DNA of 64,000 nt from Eledone cirrhosa. Taxonomy: Eukaryota. The notes below the pieces were generated by a model that searched no databases, was not told the DNA's origin, and was given only the letters and a program-made list of their open reading frames with translations. Positions 1 to 14,000 of the stretch are shown here, piece after piece. The position numbers and the translations under genes were made by a program. Where the stretch lies: contig OZ024741.1 of assembly GCA_964016885.1 (NCBI GenBank), positions 115,568,001 through 115,632,000 of the forward strand, in the 5' to 3' direction. Position 1 is the first letter of the stretch, and each line of letters begins with the position of its first letter.

Positions 1-1058
1 GAGGTTACATTTGTCATAGAATATAGATATAACCCAGAATGAAAGATGTTCTTGAGGTGAGGGTTACATTTGTTATAGAATATAGATATAACTCTGATTG
101 AAAGATGTTCTTGAGGTGGGGGTTACATTTGTCATAGAATATAGATATAACTCTGATTGAAAGATGTTCTTGAGGTGGAGGTTACATTTGTCATAGAATA
201 TAGATATAACCCAGAATGAAAGATGTACTTGAGGTGGGGGTTACATTTGTCATAGAATATAGATATAACTCTGACTGAAAGATATTATTGAGGTAGGGGT
301 TACAATTGTCATAGAATATAGATATAACTCTGATCGAAAGAAATACTTGAGGTGGGGGTTACATTTGTCATAGAATAGAGATATAACACTGATTGAAAGA
401 TGATCTGGAGGTAGGGTTACATTTGTCATAGAATATAGATATAACTCTGTTTGAAAGATGTTCTTGAGATGGGGGTTACATATGTCATAGAATATAGATA
501 TAACTCAGATTGAAAGATGTTCTTGAGGTGGGGTTACATTTGTCATAGAATATAGATATAACTTTGATTGAAAGATGTTCTTGAGGTGGGGGTTACATTT
601 GTCATAGAATATAGATATAACACTGATTGAAAGATTTTGTTGAGGTAGGGGTTACATTTGTCATAGAATATAGATATAACTATGATTGAAAGATGTTCTT
701 GAGGTAGGGGTTACATTTGTCATAGAATATAGATATAACGCTGATTGAAAGATGTTCTTGAAGTAGGGGTTACATTTGTCATAGAATATAGATATAACTC
801 AGAATACAAGATTATCTTGAGGTAGGGGTTACATTTGTTATAGAATATAGATATAACACTGATTGAAAGATGTTCTTGAGGTGGGGGTTACATTTGTAAT
901 AGAATATAGATATAACTCTGATAGAAAGATGTTCTTGAGGTGGGGGTTACATTTGTCATAGAATATAGATAAAACTCTGATTGGAAGATGTTCTTGAGGT
1001 GGAGGTTACATTTGTCATAGAATATAGATATAAATCTGATTGAAAGATGTTCTTGAGG

Positions 1059-2975
1059 TGGGGGTTACATTTGTCATAGAATATAGATATAACTCTGATT
1101 GAAAGATGTTCTTGAGGTGGGGGTTACATTTGTCAGAGAATATAGATATAACTCTGATTGAAAGATGTTCTTGAGGTGGGGGTTACATTTGTCATAGAAT
1201 ATAGATATAACTCTGATTGAAAGATGTTCTTGACGTGGGGGTTACATTTGTCATAGAATATAGATATAACTCTGATTGAAAGATGTTCTTGAGGTGGAGG
1301 TTACATTTGTCATAGAATATAGATATAACCCAGAATGAAAGATGTTCTTGAGATGGGGTTACATTTGTCATAGAATATAGATATAACTCTGATTGAAAGA
1401 TGTTCTTGAGGTGGAGGTTACATTTGTCATAGAATATAGATATAACCCAGAATGAAAGATGTTCTTGAGGTGGGGGTTACATTTGTCATAGAATATAGAT
1501 ATAACTCTGATTGAAAGATGTTCTTGAGGTGGAGGTTACATTTGTCATAGAATATAGATATAACCCAGAATGAAAGATGTACTTGAGGTGGGGGTTACAT
1601 TTGTCATAGAATATAGATATAACTCTGACTGAAAGATATTATTGAGGTAGGGGTTACATTTGTCATAGAATATAGATATAACGCTGATTGAAAGATGTTC
1701 TTGAAGTAGGGGTTACATTTGTCATAGAATATAGATATAACTCTGAATGCAAGATATTCTTAGGTAGGGGTTACATTTGTCATAGAATATAGATATAACA
1801 CTGATTGAAAGATTTTGTTGAGGTAGGGGTTACATTTTTCATAGAATATAGATATAACTATGATTGAAAGATATTCTTGAGGTAGGGGTTACATTTGTCA
1901 TAGAATATAGATATAACGCTGATTGAAAGATTATCCTGAAGTAGGGGTTACATTTGTCATAGGATATAGATATAACTCTGATTGAAAGATGTTCTTGAGA
2001 TGGGGGTTACATTTGTCATAGAATATAGATATAACTCTGATTGAAAGATGTTCTTGAGGTGGGGGTTACATTTGTCAGAGAATATAGATATAACTCTGAT
2101 TGAAAGATGTTCTTGAGGTGGGGGTTACATTTGTCATAGAATATAGATATAACTCTGATTGAAAGATGTTCTTGACGTGGGGGTTACATTTGTCATAGAA
2201 TATAGATATAACTCTGATTGAAAGATGTTCTTGAGGTGGAGGTTACATTTGTCATAGAATATAGATATAACCCAGAATGAAAGATGTTCTTGAGATGGGG
2301 TTACATTTGTCATAGAATATAGATATAACTCTGATTGAAAGATGTTCTTGAGGTGGAGGTTACATTTGTCATAGAATATAGATATAACCCAGAATGAAAG
2401 ATGTTCTTGAGGTGGGGGTTACATTTGTCATAGAATATAGATATAACTCTGATTGAAAGATGTTCTTGAGGTGGAGGTTACATTTGTCATAGAATATAGA
2501 TATAACCCAGAATGAAAGATGTACTTGAGGTGGGGGTTACATTTGTCATAGAATATAGATATAACTCTGACTGAAAGATATTATTGAGGTAGGGGTTACA
2601 TTTGTCATAGAATATAGATATAACGCTGATTGAAAGATGTTCTTGAAGTAGGGGTTACATTTGTCATAGAATATAGATATAACTCTGAATGCAAGATATT
2701 CTTAGGTAGGGGTTACATTTGTCATAGAATATAGATATAACACTGATTGAAAGATTTTGTTGAGGTAGGGGTTACATTTTTCATAGAATATAGATATAAC
2801 TATGATTGAAAGATATTCTTGAGGTAGGGGTTACATTTGTCATAGAATATAGATATAACGCTGATTGAAAGATTATCCTGAAGTAGGGGTTACATTTGTC
2901 ATAGGATATAGATATAACTCTGATTGAAAGATGTTCTTGAGATGGGGGTTACATTTGTCATAGAATATAGATATA
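1059..2975 (+). repeat. Tandem duplication of a 16-monomer (942-bp) block
   Basis: The rare variant TGTCAGAGAA occurs at ~1136 and ~2078 (offset 942 = 16x59-2). It is followed in both copies by the same ordered variants: TTGACGTG, 58-bp GAGATGGGG, GATGTACTT, GAATGCAAG, ACATTTTTC, ATCCTGAAG, ATAGGATAT. Confidence 0.9.
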
Positions 2976-4249
2976 TCTCAGATTGAAAGATGTTCTTGAT
3001 CTGGAGGTTACATTTGTCATAGAATATAGATATAACTCTGATAGAAAGATGTTCCTGAGGTGGGGGTTACATTTGTCATAGAATATAGATATAACTCTGA
3101 TTGAAAGATGTTCTTGAGGTGGGGGTTACATTTGTCATAGAATATAGTTATAACTCTGATTGAAAGATGTTCTTGAGGTGGAGGTTACATTTGTCATAGA
3201 ATATAGATATAACCCAGAATGAAAGATGTTCTTGAGGTGGGGGTTACATTTGTCATAGAATATAGATATAACTCTGACTGAAAGATTTTATTGAGGTAGG
3301 GCTTACAATTGTCATAGAATATAGATATAACTCTGATCGAAAGAAATACTTGAGGTGGGGGTTACATTTGTCATAGAATAGAGATATAACACTGATTGAA
3401 AGATGATCTGGAGGTAGGGTTACATTTGTCATAGAATATAGATATAACTCTGTTTGAAAGATGTTCTTGAGATGGGGGTTACATATGTCATAGAATATAG
3501 ATATAACTCAGATTGAAAGAAGATGTTCTTGAGGTGGGGTTACATTTGTCATAGAATATAGATATAACTCTGATTGAAAGATGTTGTTGAGGTGGGGGTT
3601 ACATTTGTCATAGAATATAGATATAACACTGATTGAAAGATTTTGTTGAGGTAGGGGTTACATTTGTCATAGAATATAGATATAACTATGATTGAAAGAT
3701 GTTCTTGAGGTAGGGGTTACATTTGTCATAGAATATAGATATAACGCTGATTGAAAGATGTTCTTGAAGTAGGGGTTACATTTGTCATAGAATATAGATA
3801 TAACTCTGAATGCAAGATATTCTTAGGTAGGGGTTACATTTGTCATAGAATATAGATATAACTCTGATTGAAAGATGTTGTTGAGGTGGGGGTTACATTT
3901 GTCATAGAATATAGATATAACACTGATTGAAAGATTTTGTTGAGGTAGGGGTTACATTTTTCATAGAATATAGATATAACTATGATTGAAAGATATTCTT
4001 GAGGTAGAGGTTACATTTGTCATAGAATATAGATATAACGCTGATTGAAAGATTATCTTGAAGTAGGGGTTACATTTGTCATAGGATATAGATATAACTC
4101 TGATTGAAAGATGTTCTTGAGATGGGGGTTACATTTGTCATAGAATATAGATATAACTCTGATTGAAAGATGTTCTTGAGGTGGGGGTTATATTTGACAT
4201 AGAATATAGATATAACTCTGATTGAAAGATGTTCTTGAGATGGGGGTTA

Positions 4250-6430
4250 CATTTGTCATAGAATATAGATATATCTCTGATTGAAAGATGTTCTTGATCT
4301 GGAGGTTACATTTGTCATAGAATATAGATATAACTCTGATAGAAAGATGTTCTTGAGGTGGGGGTTACATTTGTCATAGAATATAGATATAACTCTGATT
4401 GAAAGATGTTCTTGAAATGGGGGTTACATTTGTCATAGAATATAGATATATCTCTGATTGAAAGATGTTCTTGATCTGGAGGTTACATTTGTCATAGAAT
4501 ATAGATATAACTCTAATAGAAAGATGTTCTTGAGGTGGGGGTTACATTTGTCATAGAATATAGATATAACCCTGATTGAAAGATGTTCTGGAGGTGGGGT
4601 TACATTTGTCATAGAATATAGATATAACTCAGAATACAAGATTATCTTGAGGTAGGGGTTACATTTGTTATAGAATATAGATATAACCCTGATTGAAAGA
4701 TGTTCTTGAGGTGGGGGTTACATTTGTCATAGAATATAGATATAACTCTGATAGAAAGATGTTCTTGAGGTGGGGGTTACATTTGTCATAGAATATAGAT
4801 ATAACTCAGAATACAAGATTATCTTGTGGTAGGGGTTACATTTGTCATAGAATATAGATATATCTCTGATTGAAAGATGTTCTTGATCTGGAGGTTACAT
4901 TTGTCATAGAATATAGATATAACTCTGATAGAAAGATGTTCTTGAGGTGGGGGTTACATTTGTCATAGAATATAGATATAACCCTGATTGAAAGATGTTC
5001 TGGAGGTGGGGTTACCTTTGTCATAGAATATAGATATAACTCAGAATACAAGATTATCTTGAGGTAGGGGTTACATTTGTTATAGAATATAGATATAACC
5101 CTGATTGAAAGATGTTCTTGAGGTGGGGGTTACATTTGTCATAGAATATAGATATAACTCTGATTGAAAGATTATCTTGAAGTAGGGGTTACATTTGTCA
5201 TAGGATATAGATATAACTCTGATTGAAAGATGTTCTTGAGATGGGGGTTACATTTGTCATAGAATATAGATATAACTCTGATTGAAAGATGTTCTTGAGG
5301 TGGGGGTTATATTTGTCATAGAATATAGATATAACTCTGATTGAAAGATGTTCTTGAGATGGGGGTTACATTTGTCATAGAATATAGATATATCTCTGAT
5401 TGAAAGATGTTCTTGATCTGGAGGTTACATTTGTCATAGAATATAGATATAACTCTAATAGAAAGATGTTCTTGAGGTGGGGGTTACATTTGTCATAGAA
5501 TATAGATATAACTCTGATTGAAAGATGTTCTTGAAATGGGGGTTACATTTGTCATAGAATATAGATATATCTCAGATTGAAAGATGTTCTTGATCTGGAG
5601 GTTACATTTGTCATAGAATATAGATATAACTCTGATAGAAAGATGTTCCTGAGGTGGGGGTTACATTTGTCATAGAATATAGATATAACCCTGATTGAAA
5701 GATGTTCTGGAGGTGGGGTTACATTTGTCATAGAATATAGATATAACTCAGAATACAAGATTATCTTGAGGTAGGGGTTACATTTGTTATAGAATATAGA
5801 TATAACCCTGATTGAAAGATGTTCTTGAGTTGGGGGTTACATTTGTCATAGAATATAGATATAACTCTGATAGAAAGATGTTCTTGAGGTGGGGGTTACA
5901 TTTGTCATAGAATATAGATATAACTCTGATTGGAAGATGTTCTTGAGGTGGAGGTTACATTTGTCATAGAATATAGATATAAATCTGATTGAAAGATGTT
6001 CTTGAGGTGGGGGTTACATTTGTCATAGAATATAGATATAACTCTGATTGAAAGATGTTCTTGAGGTGGGGGTTACATTTGTCATAGAATATAGATATAA
6101 CTCTCATTGAAAGATGTTCTTGAGGTGGGGGTTACATTTGTCATAGAATATAGATATAACTCTGGTAGAAAGATGTTCTTGAGGTGGGGGTTACATTTGT
6201 CATAGAATATAGATATAACCCTGATTGAAAGATGTTCTGGAGGTGGGGTTACATTTGTCATAGAATATAGATATAACTCAGAATACAAGATTATCTTGAG
6301 GTAGGGGTTACATTTGTTATAGAATATAGATATAACCCTGATTGAAAGATGTTCTTGAGGTGGGGGTTACATTTGTCATAGAATATAGATATAACTCTGA
6401 TAGAAAGATGTTCTTGAGGTGGGGGTTACA
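4250..6430 (+). repeat. Short irregular higher-order repeats (7, 12 and 9 monomers) of the TTCTGGAGG / CTCAGAATACAAG cassette
   Basis: Equivalent positions, marked by the pseudo-ORF ends, lie at 4433, 4845, 5552 and 6082. The offsets are 412, 707 and 530 bp, i.e. 7, 12 and 9 monomers each less 1 bp. Confidence 0.8.
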
Positions 6431-6749
6431 TTTGTCATAGAATATAGATATAAATCTGATCGAAAGAAATACTTGAGGTGGGGGTTACATTTGTCATAGA
6501 ATAGAGATATAACACTGATTGAAAGATGATCTGGAGGTAGGGTTACATTTGTCATAGAATATAGATGTAACTCTGATTGAAAGATGTTCTTGAGGTGGAG
6601 GTTACATTTGTCATAGAATATAGATATAACCCAGAATGAAAGATGTTCTTGAGGTGGGGGTTACATTTGTCATAGAATATAGATACAACTCTGATTGAAA
6701 GATGTTCTTGAGGTGGGGGTTACATTTGTCATAGAATATAGATATAACC

Positions 6750-9700
6750 CAGAATGAAAGATGTACATGAGGTGGGGGTTACATTTGTCATAGAATATAG
6801 ATATAACTCTGACTGAAAGATATTATTGAGGTAGGGGTTACAATTGTCATAGAATATAGATATAACTCTGATCGAAAGAAATACTTGAGGAGGGGGTTAC
6901 ATTTGTCATAGAATAGAGATATAACACTGATTGAAAGATGATCTGGAGGTAGGGTTACATTTGTCATAGAATATAGATATAACTCTGTTTGAAAGATGTT
7001 CTTGAGATGGGGGTTACATATGTCTTAGAATATAGATATAACTCAGATTGAAAGATGTTCTTGAGGTGGGGTTACATTTGTCATAGAATATAGATATAAC
7101 TCTGATTGAAAGATCTTCTTGAGGTGGGGGTTACATTTGTCATAGAATATAGATATAACACTGATTGAAAGATTTTGTTGAGGTAGGGGTTACATTTGTC
7201 ATAGAATATAGATATAACTATGATTGAAAGATTTTCTTGAGGTAGGGGTTACATTTGTCATAGAATATAGATATAACGCTGATTGAAAGATGTTCTTGAA
7301 GTAGGGGTTACATTTGTCATAGAATATAGATATAACTCTGAATGCAAGATATTCTTAGGTAGGGGTTACATTTGTCATAGAATATAGATATAACACTGAT
7401 TGAAAGATTTTGTTGAGGTAGGGGTTACATTTTTCATAGAATATAGATATAACTATGATTGAAAGATATTCTTGAGGTAGGGGTTACATTTGTCATAGAA
7501 TATAGATATAACGCTGATTGAAAGATTATCCTGAAGTAGGGGTTACATTCGTCATAGGATATAGATATAACTCTGATTGGAAGATGTTCTTGAGATGGGG
7601 GTTACATTTGTCATAGAATATAGATATAACTCTGATTGAAAGATGTTCTTGAGGTGGGGGTTATATTTGTCATAGAATATAGATATAACTCTGATTGAAA
7701 GATGTTCTTGAGATGGGGGTTACATTTGTCATAGAATATAGATATATCTCTGATTGAAAGATGTTCTTGATCTGGAGGTTACATTTGTCATAGAATATAG
7801 ATATAATTCTGATAGAAAGATGTTCTTGAGGTGGGGGTTACATTTGTCATAGAATATAGATATAACTCTGATTGAAAGATGTTCTTGAGATGGGGGTTAC
7901 ATTTGTCATAGAATATAGATATATCTCTGATTGAAAGATGTTCTTGATCTGGAGGTTACATTTGTCATAGAATATAGATATAACTCAGATAGAAAGATGT
8001 TCTTGAGGTGGGGGTCACATTTGTCATAGAATATAGATATAACCCTGATTGAAAGATGTTCTGGAGGTGGGGTTACATTTGTCATAGAATATAGATATAA
8101 CTCAGAATACAAGATTATCTTGAGGTAGGGGTTACATTTGTTATAGAATATAGATATAACCCTGATTGAAAGATGTTCTTGAGGTGGGGGTTACATTTGT
8201 AATATAATATAGATATAACTCTGATAGAAAGATGTTCTTGAGGTGGGGGTTACATTTGTCATAGAATATAGATATAACTCTGATTGGAAGATATTATTGA
8301 GGTAGGGGGTTACAATTGTCATAGAATATAGATATAACTCTGATCGAAAGAAATACTTGAGGAGGGGGTTACATTTGTCATAGAATAGAGATATAACACT
8401 GATTGAAAGATGATCTGGAGGTAGGGTTACATTTGTCATAGAATATAGATATAACTCTGATTGAAAGATGTTCTTGAGGTGGAGGTTACATTTGTCATAG
8501 AATATAGATATAACTCTGTTTGAAAGATGTTCTTGAGATGGGGGTTACATATGTCATAGAATATAGATATAACTCAGATTGAAAGATGTTCTTGAGGTGG
8601 GGGTTACATTTGTCATAGAATATAGATATAACCCAGAATGAAAGATGTACATGAGGTGGGGGTTACATTTGTCATAGAATATAGATATAACTCTGACTGA
8701 AAGATATTATTGAGGTAGGGGTTACAATTGTCATAGAATATAGATATAACTCTGATCGAAAGAAATACTTGAGGAGGGGGTTACATTTGTCATAGAATAG
8801 AGATATAACACTGATTGAAAGATGATCTGGAGGTAGGGTTACATTTGTCATAGAATATAGATATAACTCTGTTTGAAAGATGTTCTTGAGATGGGGGTTA
8901 CATATGTCTTAGAATATAGATATAACTCAGATTGAAAGATGTTCTTGAGGTGGGGTTACATTTGTCATAGAATATAGATATAACTCTGATTGAAAGATGT
9001 TCTTGAGGTGGGGGTTACATTTGTCATAGAATATAGATATAACACTGATTGAAAGATTTTGTTGAGGTAGGGGTTACATTTGTCATAGAATATAGATATA
9101 ACTATGATTGAAAGATTTTCTTGAGGTAGGGGTTACATTTGTCATAGAATATAGATATAACGCTGATTGAAAGATGTTCTTGAAGTAGGGGTTACATTTG
9201 TCATAGAATATAGATATAACTCTGAATGCAAGATATTCTTAGGTAGGGGTTACATTTGTCATAGAATATAGATATAACACTGATTGAAAGATTTTGTTGA
9301 GGTAGGGGTTACATTTTTCATAGAATATAGATATAACTATGATTGAAAGATATTCTTGAGGTAGGGGTTACATTTGTCATAGAATATAGATATAACGCTG
9401 ATTGAAAGATTATCCTGAAGTAGGGGTTACATTCGTCATAGGATATAGATATAACTCTGATTGAAAGATGTTCTTGAGATGGGGGTTACATTTGTCATAG
9501 AATATAGATATAACTCTGATTGAAAGATGTTCTTGAGGTGGGGGTTATATTTGTTATAGAATATAGATATAACTCTGATTGAAAGATGTTCTTGAGATGG
9601 GGGTTACATTTGTCATAGAATATAGATATATCTCTGATTGAAAGATGTTCTTGATCTGGAGGTTACATTTGTCATAGAATATAGATATAACTCTGATAGA

Positions 9701-12700
9701 AAGATGTTCTTGAGGTGGGGGTTACATTTGTCATAGAATATAGATATAACTCTGATTGAAAGATGTTCTTGAGATGGGGGTTACATTTGTCATAGAATAT
9801 AGATATATCTCTGATTGAAAGATGTTCTTGATCTGGAGGTTACATTTGTCATAGAATATAGATATAACTCGGATAGAAAGATGTTCTTGAGGTGGGGGTC
9901 ACATTTGTCATAGAATATAGATATAACCCTGATTGAAAGATGTTCTGGAGGTGGGGTTACATTTGTCATAGAATATAGATATAACTCAGAATACAAGATT
10001 ATCTTGAGGTAGGGGTTACATTTGTTATAGAATATAGATATAACCCTGATTGAAAGATGTTCTTGAGGTGGGGGTTACATTTGTAATAGAATATAGATAT
10101 AACTCTGATAGAAAGATGTTCTTGAGGTGGGGGTTACATTTGTCATAGAATATAGATATAACTCTGATTGGAAGATATTATTGAGGTAGGGGTTACAATT
10201 GTCATAGAATATAGATATAAGTCTGATCGAAAGAAATACTTGAGGAGGGGGTTACATTTGTCATAGAATAGAGATATAACACTGATTGAAAGATGATCTG
10301 GAGGTAGGGTTACATTTGTCATAGAATATAGATATAACTCTGTTTGAAAGATGTTCTTGAGATGGGGGTTACATATGTCATAGAATATAGATATAACTCA
10401 GATTGAAAGATGTTCTTGAGGTGGGGTTACATTTGTCATAGAATATAGATATAACTCTGATTGAAAGATGTTCTTGAGGTGGGGGTTACATTTGTCATAG
10501 AATATAGATATAACACTGATTGAAAGATTTTGTTCAGGTAGGGGTTACATTTGTCATAGAATATAGATATAACTATGATTGAAAGATGTTCTTGAGGTAG
10601 GGGTTACATTTGTCATAGAATATAGATATAACGCTGATTGAAAGATGTTCTTGAAGTAGGGGTTACATTTGTTATAGAATATAGATATAACTCTGAATGC
10701 AAGATATTCTTAGGTAGGGGTTACATTTGTCATAGAATATAGATATAACACTGATTGAAAGATTTTGTTGAGGTAGGGGTTACATTTTTCATAGAATATA
10801 GATATAACTATGATTGAAAGATATTCTTGAGGTAGGGTTACATTTGTCATAGAATATAGATATAACGCTGATTGAAAGATTATCCTGAAGTAGGGGTTAC
10901 ATTTGTCATAGGATATAGATATAACTCTGATTGAAAGATGTTCTTGAGGTGGGGGTTATATTTGTCATAGAATATAGATATAACTCTGATTGAAAGATGT
11001 TCTTGAGATGGGGGTTACATTTGTCATAGAATATAGATATATCTCTGATTGAAAGATGTTCTTGAGATGGGGGTTACATTTGTCATAGAATATAGATATA
11101 ACTCTGATTGAAAGATGTTCTTGAGGTGGGGGTTATATTTGTCATAGAATATAGATATAACTCTGATTGAAAGATGTTCTTGAGATGGGGGTTACATTTG
11201 TCATAGAATATAGATATATCTCTGATTGAAAGATGTTCTTGATCTGGAGGTTACATTTGTCATAGAATATAGATATAACACTGATAGAAAGATGTTCTTG
11301 AGGTGGGGGTTACATTTGTCATAGAATATAGATATAACTCTGATTGAAAGATGTTCTTGAGATGGGGGTTACATTTGTCATAGAATATAGATATATCTCT
11401 GATTGAAAGATGTTCTTGATCTGGAGGTTACATTTGTCATAGAATATAGATATAACTCTGATAGAAAGATGTTCTTGAGGTGGGGGTCACATTTGTCATA
11501 GAATATAGATATAACCCTGATTGAAAGATGTTCTGGAGGTGGGGTTACATTTGTCATAGAATATAGATATAACTCAGAATACAAGATTATCTTGAGGTAG
11601 GGGTTACATTTGTTATAGAATATAGATATAACCCTGATTGAAAGATGTTCTTGAGGTGGGGGTTACATTTGTAATAGAATATAGATATAACTCTGATTGA
11701 AAGATGTTCTTGTGGTGGGGGTTACATTTGTCATAGAATATAGATATAACTCTGATTGAAAGATGTTCTTGAGGTGGGGGTTACATTTGTCATAGAATAT
11801 AGATATAACTCTGATTGAAAGATGTTCATGACGTGGGGGTTACATTTGTCATAGAATATAGATATAACTCTGATTGAAAGATGTTCTTGAGGTGGAGGTT
11901 ACATTTGTCATAGAATATAGATATAACCCAGAATGAAAGATGTTCTTGAGATGGGGGTTACATTTGTCATAGAATATAGATATAACTCTGATTGAAAGAT
12001 GTTCTTGAGGTGGAGGTTACATTTGTCATAGAATATAGATATAACCCAGAATGAAAGATGTTCTTGAGGTGGGGGTTACATTTGTCATAGAATATAGATA
12101 TAACTCTGATTGAAAGATGTTCTTGAGGTGGGGTTTACATTTGTCATAGAATATAGATATAACTCTGATTGAAAGATGTTCTTGAGGTGGAGGTTACATT
12201 TGTCATAGAATATAGATATAACCCAGAATGAAAGATGTACTTGAGGTGGGGGTTACATTTGTCATAGAATATAGATATAACTCTGACTGAAAGATATTAT
12301 TGAGGTAGGGGTTACAATTGTCATAGAATATAGATATAACTCTGATCGAAAGAAATACTTGAGGTGGGGGTTACATTTGTCATAGAATAGAGATATAACA
12401 CTGATTGAAAGATGATCTGGAGGTAGGGTTACATTTGTCATAGAATATAGATATAACTCTGTTTGAAAGATGTTCTTGAGATGGGGGTTACATATGTCAT
12501 AGAATATAGATATAACTCAGATTGAAAGATGTTCTTGAGGTGGGGTTACATTTGTCATAGAATATAGATATAACTTTGATTGAAAGATGTTCTTGAGGTA
12601 GGGGTTACAATTGTCATAGAATATAGATATAACTCTGATCGAAAGAAATACTTGAGGAGGAGGTTACATTTGTCATAGAATAGAGATATAACACTGATTG

Positions 12701-14000
12701 AAAGATGATCTGGAGCTAGGGTTACATTTGTCATAGAATATAGATATAACTCTGTTTGAAAGATGTTCTTGAGATGGGGGTTACATATGTCATAGAATAT
12801 AGATATAACTCAGATTGAAAGATGTTCTTGAGGTGGGGTTACATTTGTCATAGAATATAGATATAACTCTGATTGAAAGATGTTCTTGAGGTGGGGTTAC
12901 ATTTGTAATAGAATATAGATATAACACTGATTGAAAGATTTTGTTGAGGTAGGGGTTACATTTGTCATAGAATATAGATATAACTATGATTGAAAGATGT
13001 TCTTGAGGTAGGGGTTACATTTGTCATAGAATATAGATATAACGCTGATTGAAAGATGTTCTTGAAGTAGGGGTTACATTTGTTATAGAATATAGATATA
13101 ACTCTGAATGCAAGATATTCTTAGGTAGGGGTTACATTTGTCATAGAATATAGATATAACACTGATTGAAAGATTTTGTTGAGGTAGGGGTTACATTTTT
13201 CATAGAATATAGATATAACTATGATTGAAAGATATTCTTGAGGTAGGGTTACATTTGTCATAGAATATAGATATACCGCTGATTGAAAGATTATCCTGAA
13301 GTAGGGGTTACATTTGTCATAGGATATAGATATAACTCTGATTGAAAGATGTTCTTGAGATGGGGGTTACATTTGTCATAGAATATAGATATAACTCTGA
13401 TTGAAAGATGTTCTTGAGGTGGGGGTTATATTTGTCATAGAATATAGATATAACTCTGATTGAAAGATGTTCTTGAGATGGGGGTTACATTTGTCATAGA
13501 ATATAGATATATCTCTGATTGAAAGATGTTCTTGATCTGGAGGTTACATTTGTCATAGAATATAGATATAACTCTGATAGAAAGATGTTCTTGAGGTGGG
13601 GGTTACATTTGTCATAGAATATAGATATAACTCTGATTGAAAGATGTTCTTGAGATGGGGGTTACATTTGTCATAGAATATAGATATATCTCTGATTGAA
13701 AGATGTTCTTGATCTGGAGGTTACATTTGTCATAGAATATAGATATAACTCTGATAGAAAGATGTTCTTGAGGTGGGGGTCACATTTGTCATAGAATATA
13801 GATATAACCCTGATTGAAAGATGTTCTGGAGGTGGGGTTACATTTGTCATAGAATATAGATATAACTCAGAATACAAGATTATCTTGAGGTGGGGGTTAC
13901 ATTTGTTATAGAATATAGATATAACCCTGATTGAAAGATGTTCTTGAGGTGGGGGTTACATTTGTAATAGAATATAGATATAACTCTGATAGAAAGATGT
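6750..14000 (+). repeat. Four-copy variable-length higher-order repeat (32, 27 and 39 monomer spacing)
   Basis: The marker GGGGGTCACAT appears at ~8016, ~9900, ~11488 and ~13781 (offsets 1884, 1588, 2293). Copies 1 and 2 also share GTACATGAGG (~6765/~8649), ACATATGTCTTAG (~7025/~8909) and ACATTCGTCATAGG (~7550/~9434). Confidence 0.85.
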
